A stretch of DNA of 64,000 bases from the human T2T-CHM13v2.0 reference genome, Homo sapiens: NCBI RefSeq assembly GCF_009914755.1, contig NC_060946.1; one strand, 5' to 3'. A program made the translations under genes and the position numbers. This document shows, in pieces, positions 39,501 to 53,800 of the stretch; positions within the stretch are counted from its first letter, which is position 1, and each line of letters opens with the position of its first letter. Under the pieces are notes generated by a model that saw only the letters and a program-made list of their open reading frames with translations, was not told where the DNA came from and ran no database searches.

Positions 39501-42500
39501 TCTACTTTTTATATGTAATCCCGTTTCCAACGAAATCCTCCAAGCTATCCAAATATCCACTTGCAGATTCCACAGAAAGACTTTTTCAAAACTGCTCTGT
39601 CAATAGAAAGGTTCAACTCTGTTAGCTGCGTGCATATATCCCAAAGAAGATTCTGAGATTGCTTCTGTCTAGTTTTTATGGGAAGATATTTCCCTTTTCA
39701 CCGTAGGCGTCAAGGCGCTCCAAATGTCCACTTCCAGATACTACAAAAAGAGTGTTTCAAACCTACTCTGTGAAAGGGAATATTCAACTCTGTGACTTGA
39801 ATGCACATATCACAAAGAAGTTTCTGATAATGCTTCTGTCGAGATTTTATATGAAGATATTCCCGTTTCCAACGAAATCCTGAAATCTATCCAAATATCC
39901 CCTCGCAGATTCTACAAAAAGAGTGTTTCAAAACTGTTCTGTAAAAAGAAAGGTTCAACTCTGTTAGTTGAGTACACACATCACAAACAAGTATCACAGA
40001 ATGCTTCTTTCTAGCTTGTAGGGGAAGATATTCCCTTTATCACCATGGGCCTCAAACCGTCCGAAACGTCCACTTCCATATACTTCAAAAAGAGCGTTTC
40101 AAACCTGCTCTATGAAAGGCAATGTTCAACTCTGTGACTTGAATGCAGACATCACAGAGCTGTTTATGAGAATGCTTCTGTCTAGATTTTATAGGATGAT
40201 ATTCCCGTTTCCAACGAAATCTTCACAGCTATCCAAATATCCACTTGCAGATTCTACAAAAAGAGTGTATCCAAACTGCTCTGGCAAAAGGAAGGTTCTT
40301 CTCTGTTAGGTGAGTGCATACGTCATAAAGGAGTTTCTGAGAATGTTTCTGTCTAGTGGTTATGGGAAGATATTTGCTTTTTCACCGTAGGCCTCAGAGC
40401 GCTCCAAATATCCACTTGCACATACTACAAAAAGAGTGCCTCAAAGCTGCTCTCTGAAATGGAATGTTCAACTCTATGAGTTGAATGCAAACATCACAAA
40501 GACGTTTCTGAGAATGCTTCTGTCTAGATTTGATATGAAGATATTCCCGTTTCCAACGAAATCTTCAAATCTATCCAAATGTCCACTTGCAGATTCAACA
40601 AAAAGTGTTTTTCAGAACTGCTCTATCAAAAGAAAGATCCACCTCTGTTAGCTGAGTTCACACATCCAAACAAGTTTATGAGAATGCTTCTGTCTAGTTT
40701 TTATTTGAAGATATTTCCTTTCTCACCATAGACCTGAAAGCTGTCCTAATGTTCACTTCCAGATACTACAGAAAGAGTGTTTCAAAACTGCTGTACGAAA
40801 GGGAATGTTCAACTCTGTGACTTGAATGCACACATCACAAAGAAGTTTCTGAGGATGCTGCTGTCTACTTTTTATACGTAATCCCGTTTCCAACGAAATC
40901 CTCCAAGCTATCCAAATATCCACTTGCAGATTCCACAGAAAGACTGTTTCAAAACTGCTCTGTCAATAGAAAGGTTCAACTCTGTTAGCTGCGTGCATAT
41001 ATCCCAAAGAAGATTCTGAGATTGCTTCTGTCTAGTTTTTATGGGAAGATATTTCCCTTTTCACCGTAGGCGTCAAGGCGCTCCAAATGTCCACTTCCAG
41101 ATACTACAAAAAGAGTGTTTCAAACCTACTCTGTGAAAGGGAATATTCAACTCTGTGACTTGAATGCACATATCACAAAGAAGTTTCTGATAATGCTTCT
41201 GTCGAGATTTTATATGAAGATATTCCCGTTTCCAACGAAATCCTGAAATCTATCCAAATATCCCCTCGCAGATTCTACAAAAAGAGTGTTTCAAAACTGC
41301 TCTGTAAAAAGAAAGGTTCAACTCTGTTAGTTGAGTACACACATCACAAACAAGTTTCACAGAATGCTTCTTTCTAGCTTGTAGGGGAAGATATTCCCTT
41401 TATCACCATGGGCCTCCAACCGTCCGAAACATCCACTTCCATATACTACAAAAAGAGCGTTTCAAACCTGCTCTATGAAAGGCAATGTTCAACTCTGTGA
41501 CTTGAATGCAGACATCACAGAGCAGTTTCTGAGAATGCTTCTGTCTAGATTTTATAGGAAGATATTCCCGTTTCCAACGAAATCTTCACAGCTATCCAAA
41601 TATCCACTTGCAGATTCTACAAAAGGAGTGTATCAAAACTGCTCTGTCAAAAGGAAGGTTCTTCTCTGTTAGGTGAGTGCATACGTCATAAAGGAGTTTC
41701 TGAGAATGTTTCTGTCTAGTGGTTATGGGAAGATATTTGCTTTTTCACCGTAGGCCTCAGAGCGCTCCAAATATCCACTTGCACATACTACAAAAAGAGT
41801 GCCTCAAAGCTGCTCTCTGAAACGGAATGTTCAACTCTATGAGTTGAATGCAAACATCACAAAGACGTTTCTGAGAATGCTTCTGTCTAGATTTGATATG
41901 AAGATATTCCCGTTTCCAACGAAATCTTCAAATCTATCCAAATGTCCACTTGCAGATTCAACAAAAAGTGTTTTTCAGAACTGCTCTATCAAAAGAAAGA
42001 TCCACCTCTGTTAGCTGAGTTCACACATCACAAACAAGTTTATGAGAATGCTTCTGTCTAGTTTTTATTTGAAGATATTTCCTTTCTCACCATAGACCTG
42101 AAAGCTGTCCTAATGTTCACTTCCAGATACTACAGAAAGAGTGTTTCAAAACTGCTGTACGAAAGGGAATGTTCAACTCTGTGACTTGAATGCACACATC
42201 ACAAAGAAGTTTCTGAGGATGCTGCTGTCTACTTTTTATACGTAATCCCGTTTCCAACGAAATCCTCCAAGCTATCCAAATATCCACTTGCAGATTCCAC
42301 AGAAAGACTGTTTCAAAACTGCTCTGTCAATAGAAAGGTTCAACTCTGTTAGCTGCGTGCATATATCCCAAAGAAGATTCTGAGATTGCTTCTGTCTAGT
42401 TTTTATGGGAAGATATTTCCCTTTTCACCGTAGGTGTCAAGGCGCTCCAAATGTCCACTTCCAGATACTACAAAAAGAGTGTTTCAAACCTACTCTGTGA

Positions 42501-45500
42501 AAAGGAATATTCAACTCTGTGACTTGAATGCACATATCACAAAGAAGTTTCTGAGAATGCTTCTGTCGAGATTTTATATGAAGATATTCCCGTTTCCAAC
42601 GAAATCCTGAAATCTATCCAAATATCCCCTCGCAGATTCTACAAAAAGAGTGTTTCAAAACTGCTCTGTAAAAAGAAAGGTTCAACTCTGTTAGTTGAGT
42701 ACACACATCACAAACAAGTTTCACAGAATGCTTCTTTCTAGCTTGTAGGGGAAGATATTCCCTTTATCACCATGGGCCTCCAACCGTCCGAAACGTCCAC
42801 TTCCATATACTACCAAAAGAGCGTTTCAAACCTGCTCTAGGAAAGGCAATGTTCAACTCTGTGACTTGAATGCAGACATCACAGAGCAGTTTCTGAGAAT
42901 GCTTCTGTCTAGATTTTATAGGAAGATATTCCCGTTTCCAACGAAATCTTCACAGCTATCCAAATATCCACTTGCAGATTCTACAAAAAGAGTGTATCAA
43001 AACTGCTCTCTCAAAAGGAAGGTTCTTCTCTGTTAGGTGAGTGCATACGTCATAAAGGAGTTTCTGAGAATGTTTCTGTCTAGTGGTTATGGGAAGATAT
43101 TTGCTTTTTCACCGTAGGCCTCAGAGCGCTCCAAATATCCACTTGCACATACTACAAAAAGAGTGCCTCAAAGCTGCTCTCTGAAATGGAATGTTCAACT
43201 CTATGAGTTGAATGCAAACATCACAAAGACGTTTCTGAGAATGCTTCTGTCTAGATTTGATATGAAGATATTCCCGTTTCCAACGAAATCTTCAAATCTA
43301 TCCAAATGTCCACTTGCAGATTCAACAAAAAGTGTTTTTCAGAACTGCTCTATCAAAAGAAAGATCCACCTCTGTTAGCTGAGTTCACACATCCAAACAA
43401 GTTTATGAGAATGCTTCTGTCTAGTTTTTATTTGAAGATATTTCCTTTCTCACCATAGACCTGAAAGCTGTCCTAATGTTCACTTCCAGATACTACAGAA
43501 AGAGTGTTTAAAAACTGCTGTACGAAAGGGAATGTTCAACTCTGTGACTTGAATGCACACATCACAAAGAAGTTTCTGAGGATGCTGCTGTCTACCTTTT
43601 ATACGTAATCCCGTTTCCAACGAAATCCTCCAAGCTATCCAAATATCCACTTGCAGATTCCACAGAAAGACTGTTTCAAAACTGCTCTGTCAATAGAAAG
43701 GTTCAACTCTGTTAGCTGCGTGCATATATCCCAAAGAAGATTCTGAGATTGCTTCTGTCTAGTTTTTATGGGAAGATATTTCCCTTTTCACCGTAGGTGT
43801 CAAGGCGCTCCAAATGTCCACTTCCAGATACTACAAAAAGAGTGTTTCAAACCTACTCTGTGAAAAGGAATATTCAACTCTGTGACTTGAATGCAGATAT
43901 CACAAAGAAGTTTCTGAGAATGCTTCTGTCGAGATTTTATATGAAGATATTCCCGTTTCCAACGAAATCCTGAAATCTATCCAAATATCCCCTCGCAGAT
44001 TCTACAAAAAGAGTGTTTCAAAACTGCTCTGTAAAAAGAAAGGTTCAACTCTGTTAGTTGAGTACACACATCACAAACAAGTTTCACAGAATGCTTCTTT
44101 CTAGCTTGTAGGGGAAGATATTCCCTTTATCACCATGGGCCTCCAACCGTCCGAAACGTCCACTTCCATATACTACAAAAAGAGCGTTTCAAACCTGCTC
44201 TAGGAAAGGCAATGTTCAACTCTGTGACTTGAATGCAGACATCACAGAGCAGTTTCTGAGAATGCTTCTGTCTAGATTTTATAGGAAGATATTCCCGTTT
44301 CCAACGAAATCTTCACAGCTATCCAAATATCCACTTGCAGATTCTACAAAAAGAGTGTATCAAAACTGCTCTGTCAAAAGGAAGGTTCTTCTCTGTTAGG
44401 TGAGTGCATACGTCATAAAGGAGTTTCTGAGAATGTTTCTGTCTAGTGGTTATGGGAAGATATTTCCTTTTTCACCGTAGGCCTCAGAGCGCTCCAAATA
44501 TCCACTTGCACATACTACAAAAAGAGTGCCTCAAAGCTGCTCTTTGAAACGGAATGTTCAACTCTATGAGTTGAATGCAAACATCACAAAGACGTTTCTG
44601 AGAATGCTTCTGTCTAGATTTGATATGAAGATATTCCCGTTTCCAACGAAATCTTCAAATCTATCCAAATGTCCACTTGCAGATTCAACAAAAAGTGTTT
44701 TTCAGAACTGCTGTATCAAAAGAAAGATCCACGTCTGTTAGCTGAGTTCACACATCACAAACAAGTTTATGAGAATGCTTCTGTCTAGTTTTTATTTGAA
44801 GATATTTCCTTTCTCACCATAGACCTGAAAGCTGTCCTAATGTTCACTTCCAGATACTACAGAAAGAGTGTTTCAAAACTGCTGTACGAAAGGGAATTTT
44901 CAACCCTGTGACTTGAATGCACACATCACAAAGAAGTTTCTGAGGATGCTGCTGTCTACTTTTTATACGTAATCCCGTTTCCAACGAAATCCTCCAAGCT
45001 ATCCAAATATCCACTTGCAGATTCCACAGAAAGACTGTTTCAAAACTGCTCTGTCAATAGAAAGGTTCAACTCTGTTAGCTGCGTGCATATATCCCAAAG
45101 AAGATTCTGAGATTGCTTCTGTCTAGTTTTTATGGGAAGATATTTCCCTTTTCACCGTAGGCGTCAAGGCGCTCCAAATGTCCACTTCCAGATACTACAA
45201 AAAGAGTGTTTCAAACCTACTCTGTGAAAGGGAATATTCAACTCTGTGACTTGAATGCACATATCACAAAGAAGTTTCTGATAATGCTTCTGTCGAGATT
45301 TTATATGAAGATATTCCCGTTTCCAACGAAATCCTGAAATCTATCCAAATATCCCCTCGCAGATTCTACAAAAAGAGTGTTTCAAAACTGTTCTGTAAAA
45401 AGAAAGGTTCAACTCTGTTAGTTGAGTACACACATCACAAACAAGTATCACAGAATGCTTCTTTCTAGCTTGTAGGGGAAGATATTCCCTTTATCACCAT

Positions 45501-47841
45501 GGGCCTCAAACCGTCCGAAACGTCCACTTCCATATACTTCAAAAAGAGCGTTTCAAACCTGCTCTATGAAAGGCAATGTTCAACTCTGTGACTTGAATGC
45601 AGACATCACAGAGCTGTTTATGAGAATGCTTCTGTCTAGATTTTATAGGATGATATTCCCGTTTCCAACGAAATCTTCACAGCTATCCAAATATCCACTT
45701 GCAGATTCTACAAAAAGAGTGTATCCAAACTGCTCTGGCAAAAGGAAGGTTCTTCTCTGTTAGGTGAGTGCATACGTCATAAAGGAGTTTCTGAGAATGT
45801 TTCGGTCTAGTGGTTATGGGAAGATATTTGCTTTTTCACCGTAGGCCTCAGAGCGCTCCAAATATCCACTTGCACATACTACAAAAAGAGTGCCTCAAAG
45901 CTGCTCTCTGAAATGGAATGTTCAACTCTATGAGTTGAATGCAAACATCACAAAGACGTTTCTGAGAATGCTTCTGTCTAGATTTGATATGAAGATATTC
46001 CCGTTTCCAACGAAATCTTCAAATCTATCCAAATGTCCACTTGCAGATTCAACAAAAAGTGTTTTTCAGAACTGCTCTATCAAAAGAAAGATCCACCTCT
46101 GTTAGCTGAGTTCACACATCCAAACAAGTTTATGAGAATGCTTCTGTCTAGTTTTTATTTGAAGATATTTCCTTTCTCACCATAGACCTGAAAGCTGTCC
46201 TAATGTTCACTTCCAGATACTACAGAAAGAGTGTTTCAAAACTGCTGTACGAAAGGGAATGTTCAACTCTGTGACTTGAATGCACACATCACAAAGAAGT
46301 TTCTGAGGATGCTGCTGTCTACTTTTTATACGTAATCCCGTTTCCAACGAAATCCTCCAAGCTATCCAAATATCCACTTGCAGATTCCACAGAAAGACTG
46401 TTTCAAAACTGCTCTGTCAATAGAAAGGTTCAACTCTGTTAGCTGCGTGCATATATCCCAAAGAAGATTCTGAGATTGCTTCTGTCTAGTTTTTATGGGA
46501 AGATATTTCCCTTTTCACCGTAGGCGTCAAGGCGCTCCAAATGTCCACTTCCAGATACTACAAAAAGAGTGTTTCAAACCTACTCTGTGAAAGGGAATAT
46601 TCAACTCTGTGACTTGAATGCACATATCACAAAGAAGTTTCTGATAATGCTTCTGTCGAGATTTTATATGAAGATATTCCCGTTTCCAACGAAATCCTGA
46701 AATCTATCCAAATATCCCCTCGCAGATTCTACAAAAAGAGTGTTTCAAAACTGCTCTGTAAAAAGAAAGGTTCAACTCTGTTAGTTGAGTACACACATCA
46801 CAAACAAGTTTCACAGAATGCTTCTTTCTAGCTTGTAGGGGAAGATATTCCCTTTATCACCATGGGCCTCCAACCGTCCGAAACATCCACTTCCATATAC
46901 TACAAAAAGAGCGTTTCAAACCTGCTCTATGAAAGGCAATGTTCAACTCTGTGACTTGAATGCAGACATCACAGAGCAGTTTCTGAGAATGCTTCTGTCT
47001 AGATTTTATAGGAAGATATTCCCGTTTCCAACGAAATCTTCACAGCTATCCAAATATCCACTTGCAGATTCTACAAAAGGAGTGTATCAAAACTGCTCTG
47101 TCAAAAGGAAGGTTCTTCTCTGTTAGGTGAGTGCATACGTCATAAAGGAGTTTCTGAGAATGTTTCTGTCTAGTGGTTATGGGAAGATATTTGCTTTTTC
47201 ACCGTAGGCCTCAGAGCGCTCCAAATATCCACTTGCACATACTACAAAAAGAGTGCCTCAAAGCTGCTCTCTGAAACGGAATGTTCAACTCTATGAGTTG
47301 AATGCAAACATCACAAAGACGTTTCTGAGAATGCTTCTGTCTAGATTTGATATGAAGATATTCCCGTTTCCAACGAAATCTTCAAATCTATCCAAATGTC
47401 CACTTGCAGATTCAACAAAAAGTGTTTTTCAGAACTGCTCTATCAAAAGAAAGATCCACCTCTGTTAGCTGAGTTCACACATCACAAACAAGTTTATGAG
47501 AATGCTTCTGTCTAGTTTTTATTTGAAGATATTTCCTTTCTCACCATAGACCTGAAAGCTGTCCTAATGTTCACTTCCAGATACTACAGAAAGAGTGTTT
47601 CAAAACTGCTGTACGAAAGGGAATGTTCAACTCTGTGACTTGAATGCACACATCACAAAGAAGTTTCTGAGGATGCTGCTGTCTACTTTTTATACGTAAT
47701 CCCGTTTCCAACGAAATCCTCCAAGCTATCCAAATATCCACTTGCAGATTCCACAGAAAGACTGTTTCAAAACTGCTCTGTCAATAGAAAGGTTCAACTC
47801 TGTTAGCTGCGTGCATATATCCCAAAGAAGATTCTGAGATT
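36580..47841. repeat. Tandem duplication of four HORs (5454-bp period), imperfect
   Basis: Allele pairs at +5454: 36981/42435, 37360/42814, 37556/43010, 39012/44466, 41431/46885, 41625/47079. ORFs 37709/43163, 40112/45566 and 41475/46929 show the same offset. Boundaries are approximate. Confidence 0.85.
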
Positions 47842-50800
47842 CCTTCTGTCTAGTTTTTATGGGAAGATATTTCCCTTTTCACCGTAGGCGTCAAGGCGCT
47901 CCAAATGTCCACTTCCAGATACTACAAAAAGAGTGTTTCAAACCTACTCTGTGAAAGGGAATATTCAACTCTGTGACTTGAATGCACATATCACAAAGAA
48001 GTTTCTGAGAATGCTTCTGTCGAGATTTTATATGAAGATATTCCCGTTTCCAACGAAATCCTGAAATCTATCCAAATATCCCCTCGCAGATTCTACAAAA
48101 AGAGTGTTTCAAAACTGCTCTGTAAAAAGAAAGGTTCAACTCTGTTAGTTGAGTACACACATCACAAACAAGTTTCACAGAATGCTTCTTTCTAGCTTGT
48201 AGGGGAAGATATTCCCTTTATCACCATGGTCCTCAAACCGTCCGAAACGTCCACTTCCATATACTACAAAAAGAGCGTTTCAAACCTGCTCTAGGAAAGG
48301 CAATGTTCAACTCTGTGACTTGAATGCAGACATCACAGAGCAGTTTCTGAGAATGCTTCTGTCTAGATTTTATAGGAAGATATTCCCGTTTCCAACGAAA
48401 TCTTCACAGCTATCCAAATATCCACTTGCAGATTCTACAAAAAGAGTGTATCAAAACTGCTCTGTCAAAAGGAAGGTTCTTCTCTGTTAGGTGAGTGCAT
48501 ACGTCATAAAGGAGTTTCTGAGAATGTTTCTGTCTAGTGGTTATGGGAAGATATTTGCTTTTTCACCGTAGGCCTCAGAGCGCTCCAAATATCCACTTGC
48601 ACATACTACAAAAAGAGTGCCTCAAAGCTGCTCTCTGAAACGGAATGTTCAACTCTATGAGTTGAATGCAAACATCACAAAGACGTTTCTGAGAATGCTT
48701 CTGTCTAGATTTGATATGAAGATATTCCCGTTTCCAACGAAATCTTCAAATCTATCCAAATGTCCACTTGCAGATTCAACAAAAAGTGTTTTTCAGAACT
48801 GCTGTATCAAAAGAAAGATCCACGTCTGTTAGCTGAGTTCACACATCACAAACAAGTTTATGAGAATGCTTCTGTCTAGTTTTTATTTGAAGATATTTCC
48901 TTTCTCACCATAGACCTGAAAGCTGTCCTAATGTTCACTTCCAGATACTACAGAAAGAGTGTTTCAAAACTGCTGTACGAAAGGGAATGTTCAACTCTGT
49001 GACTTGAATGCACACATCACAAAGAAGTTTCTGAGGATGCTGCTGTCTACTTTTTATACGTAATCCCGTTTCCAACGAAATCCTCCAAGCTATCCAAATA
49101 TCCACTTGCAGATTCCACAGAAAGACTGTTTCAAAACTGCTCTGTCAATAGAAAGGTTCAACTCTGTTAGCTGCGTGCATATATCCCAAAGAAGATTCTG
49201 AGATTGCTTCTGTCTAGTTTTTATGGGAAGATATTTCCCTTTTCACCGTAGGCGTCAAGGCGCTCCAAATGTCCACTTCCAGATACTACAAAAAGAGTGT
49301 TTCAAACCTACTCTGTGAAAGGGAATATTCAACTCTGTGACTTGAATGCACATATCACAAAGAAGTTTCTGAGAATGCTTCTGTCGAGATTTTATATGAA
49401 GATATTCCCGTTTCCAACGAAATCCTGAAATCTATCCAAATATCCCCTCGCAGATTCTACAAAAAGAGTGTTTCAAAACTGCTCTGTAAAAAGAAAGGTT
49501 CAACTCTGTTAGTTGAGTACACACATCACAAACAAGTTTCACAGAATGCTTCTTTCTAGCTTGTAGGGGAAGATATTCCCTTTATCACCATGGTCCTCAA
49601 ACCGTCCGAAACGTCCACTTCCATATACTACAAAAAGAGCGTTTCAAACCTGCTCTAGGAAAGGCAATGTTCAACTCTGTGACTTGAATGCAGACATCAC
49701 AGAACAGTTTCTGAGAATGCTTCTGTCTAGATTTTATAGGAAGATATTCCCGTTTCCAACGAAATCTTCAAATCTATCCAAATGTCCACTTGCAGATTCA
49801 TCAAAAAGTGTTTTTCAGAACTGCTCTATCAAAAGAAAGATCCACCTCTGTTAGCTGAGTTCACACATCACAAACAAGTTTATGAGAATGCTTCTGTCTA
49901 GTTTTTATTTGAAGATATTTCCTTTCTCACCATAGACCTGAAAGCTGTCCTAATGTTCACTTCCAGATACTACAGAAAGAGTGTTTCAAAACTGCTGTAC
50001 GAAAGGGAATGTTCAACTCTGTGACTTGAATGCACACATCACAAAGAAGTTTCTGAGGATGCTGCTGTCTACTTTTTATACGTAATCCCGTTTCCAACGA
50101 AATCCTCCAAGCTATCCAAATATCCACTTGCAGATTCCACAGAAAGACTGTTTCAAAACTGCTCTGTCAATAGAAAGGTTCAACTCTGTTAGCTGCGTGC
50201 ATATATCCCAAAGAAGATTCTGAGATTGCTTCTGTCTAGTTTTTATGGGAAGATATTTCCCTTTTCACCGTAGGTGTCAAGGCGCTCCAAATGTCCACTT
50301 CCAGATACTACAAAAAGAGTGTTTCAAACCTACTCTGTGAAAAGGAATATTCAACTCTGTGACTTGAATGCAGATATCACAAAGAAGTTTCTGAGAATGC
50401 TTCTGTCGAGATTTTATATGAAGATATTCCCGTTTCCAACGAAATCCTGAAATCTATCCAAATATCCCCTCGCAGATTCTACAAAAAGAGTGTTTCAAAA
50501 CTGCTCTGTAAAAAGAAAGGTTCAACTCTGTTAGTTGAGTACACACATCACAAACAAGTTTCACAGAATGCTTCTTTCTAGCTTGTAGGGGAAGATATTC
50601 CCTTTATCACCATGGGCCTCCAACCGTCCGAAACGTCCACTTCCATATACTACAAAAAGAGCGTTTCAAACCTGCTCTAGGAAAGGCAATGTTCAACTCT
50701 GTGACTTGAATGCAGACATCACAGAGCAGTTTCTGAGAATGCTTCTGTCTAGATTTTATAGGAAGATATTCCCGTTTCCAACGAAATCTTCACAGCTATC

Positions 50801-53800
50801 CAAATATCCACTTGCAGATTCTACAAAAGGAGTGTATCAAAACTGCTCTGTCAAAAGGAAGGTTCTTCTCTGTTAGGTGAGTGCATACGTCATAAAGGAG
50901 TTTCTGAGAATGTTTCTGTCTAGTGGTTATGGGAAGATATTTGCTTTTTCACCGTAGGCCTCAGAGCGCTCCAAATATCCACTTGCACATACTACAAAAA
51001 GAGTGCCTCAAAGCTGCTCTCTGAAACGGAATGTTCAACTCTATGAGTTGAATGCAAACATCACAAAGACGTTTCTGAGAATGCTTCTGTCTAGATTTGA
51101 TATGAAGATATTCCCGTTTCCAACGAAATCTTCAAATCTATCCAAATGTCCACTTGCAGATTCAACAAAAAGTGTTTTTCAGAACTGCTCTATCAAAAGA
51201 AAGATCCACCTCTGTTAGCTGAGTTCACACATCACAAACAAGTTTATGAGAATGCTTCTGTCTAGTTTTTATTTGAAGATATTTCCTTTCTCACCATAGA
51301 CCTGAAAGCTGTCCTAATGTTCACTTCCAGATACTACAGAAAGAGTGTTTCAAAACTGCTGTACGAAAGGGAATGTTCAACTCTGTGACTTGAATGCACA
51401 CATCACAAAGAAGTTTCTGAGGATGCTGCTGTCTACTTTTTATACGTAATCCCGTTTCCAACGAAATCCTCCAAGCTATCCAAATATCCACTTGCAGATT
51501 CCACAGAAAGACTGTTTCAAAACTGCTCTGTCAATAGAAAGGTTCAACTCTGTTAGCTGCGTGCATATATCCCAAAGAAGATTCTGAGATTGCTTCTGTC
51601 TAGTTTTTATGGGAAGATATTTCCCTTTTCACCGTAGGTGTCAAGGCGCTCCAAATGTCCACTTCCAGATACTACAAAAAGAGTGTTTCAAACCTACTCT
51701 GTGAAAAGGAATATTCAACTCTGTGACTTGAATGCACATATCACAAAGAAGTTTCTGAGAATGCTTCTGTCGAGATTTTATATGAAGATATTCCCGTTTC
51801 CAACGAAATCCTGAAATCTATCCAAATATCCCCTCGCAGATTCTACAAAAAGAGTGTTTCAAAACTGCTCTGTAAAAAGAAAGGTTCAACTCTGTTAGTT
51901 GAGTACACACATCACAAACAAGTTTCACAGAATGCTTCTTTCTAGCTTGTAGGGGAAGATATTCCCTTTATCACCATGGGCCTCCAACCGTCCGAAACGT
52001 CCACTTCCATATACTACCAAAAGAGCGTTTCAAACCTGCTCTAGGAAAGGCAATGTTCAACTCTGTGACTTGAATGCAGACATCACAGAGCAGTTTCTGA
52101 GAATGCTTCTGTCTAGATTTTATAGGAAGATATTCCCGTTTCCAACGAAATCTTCACAGCTATCCAAATATCCACTTGCAGATTCTACAAAAAGAGTGTA
52201 TCAAAACTGCTCTCTCAAAAGGAAGGTTCTTCTCTGTTAGGTGAGTGCATACGTCATAAAGGAGTTTCTGAGAATGTTTCTGTCTAGTGGTTATGGGAAG
52301 ATATTTGCTTTTTCACCGTAGGCCTCAGAGCGCTCCAAATATCCACTTGCACATACTACAAAAAGAGTGCCTCAAAGCTGCTCTCTGAAATGGAATGTTC
52401 AACTCTATGAGTTGAATGCAAACATCACAAAGACGTTTCTGAGAATGCTTCTGTCTAGATTTGATATGAAGATATTCCCGTTTCCAACGAAATCTTCAAA
52501 TCTATCCAAATGTCCACTTGCAGATTCAACAAAAAGTGTTTTTCAGAACTGCTCTATCAAAAGAAAGATCCACCTCTGTTAGCTGAGTTCACACATCCAA
52601 ACAAGTTTATGAGAATGCTTCTGTCTAGTTTTTATTTGAAGATATTTCCTTTCTCACCATAGACCTGAAAGCTGTCCTAATGTTCACTTCCAGATACTAC
52701 AGAAAGAGTGTTTAAAAACTGCTGTACGAAAGGGAATGTTCAACTCTGTGACTTGAATGCACACATCACAAAGAAGTTTCTGAGGATGCTGCTGTCTACT
52801 TTTTATACGTAATCCCGTTTCCAACGAAATCCTCCAAGCTATCCAAATATCCACTTGCAGATTCCACAGAAAGACTGTTTCAAAACTGCTCTGTCAATAG
52901 AAAGGTTCAACTCTGTTAGCTGCGTGCATATATCCCAAAGAAGATTCTGAGATTGCTTCTGTCTAGTTTTTATGGGAAGATATTTCCCTTTTCACCGTAG
53001 GTGTCAAGGCGCTCCAAATGTCCACTTCCAGATACTACAAAAAGAGTGTTTCAAACCTACTCTGTGAAAAGGAATATTCAACTCTGTGACTTGAATGCAG
53101 ATATCACAAAGAAGTTTCTGAGAATGCTTCTGTCGAGATTTTATATGAAGATATTCCCGTTTCCAACGAAATCCTGAAATCTATCCAAATATCCCCTCGC
53201 AGATTCTACAAAAAGAGTGTTTCAAAACTGCTCTGTAAAAAGAAAGGTTCAACTCTGTTAGTTGAGTACACACATCACAAACAAGTTTCACAGAATGCTT
53301 CTTTCTAGCTTGTAGGGGAAGATATTCCCTTTATCACCATGGGCCTCCAACCGTCCGAAACGTCCACTTCCATATACTACAAAAAGAGCGTTTCAAACCT
53401 GCTCTAGGAAAGGCAATGTTCAACTCTGTGACTTGAATGCAGACATCACAGAGCAGTTTCTGAGAATGCTTCTGTCTAGATTTTATAGGAAGATATTCCC
53501 GTTTCCAACGAAATCTTCACAGCTATCCAAATATCCACTTGCAGATTCTACAAAAAGAGTGTATCAAAACTGCTCTGTCAAAAGGAAGGTTCTTCTCTGT
53601 TAGGTGAGTGCATACGTCATAAAGGAGTTTCTGAGAATGTTTCTGTCTAGTGGTTATGGGAAGATATTTCCTTTTTCACCGTAGGCCTCAGAGCGCTCCA
53701 AATATCCACTTGCACATACTACAAAAAGAGTGCCTCAAAGCTGCTCTTTGAAACGGAATGTTCAACTCTATGAGTTGAATGCAAACATCACAAAGACGTT

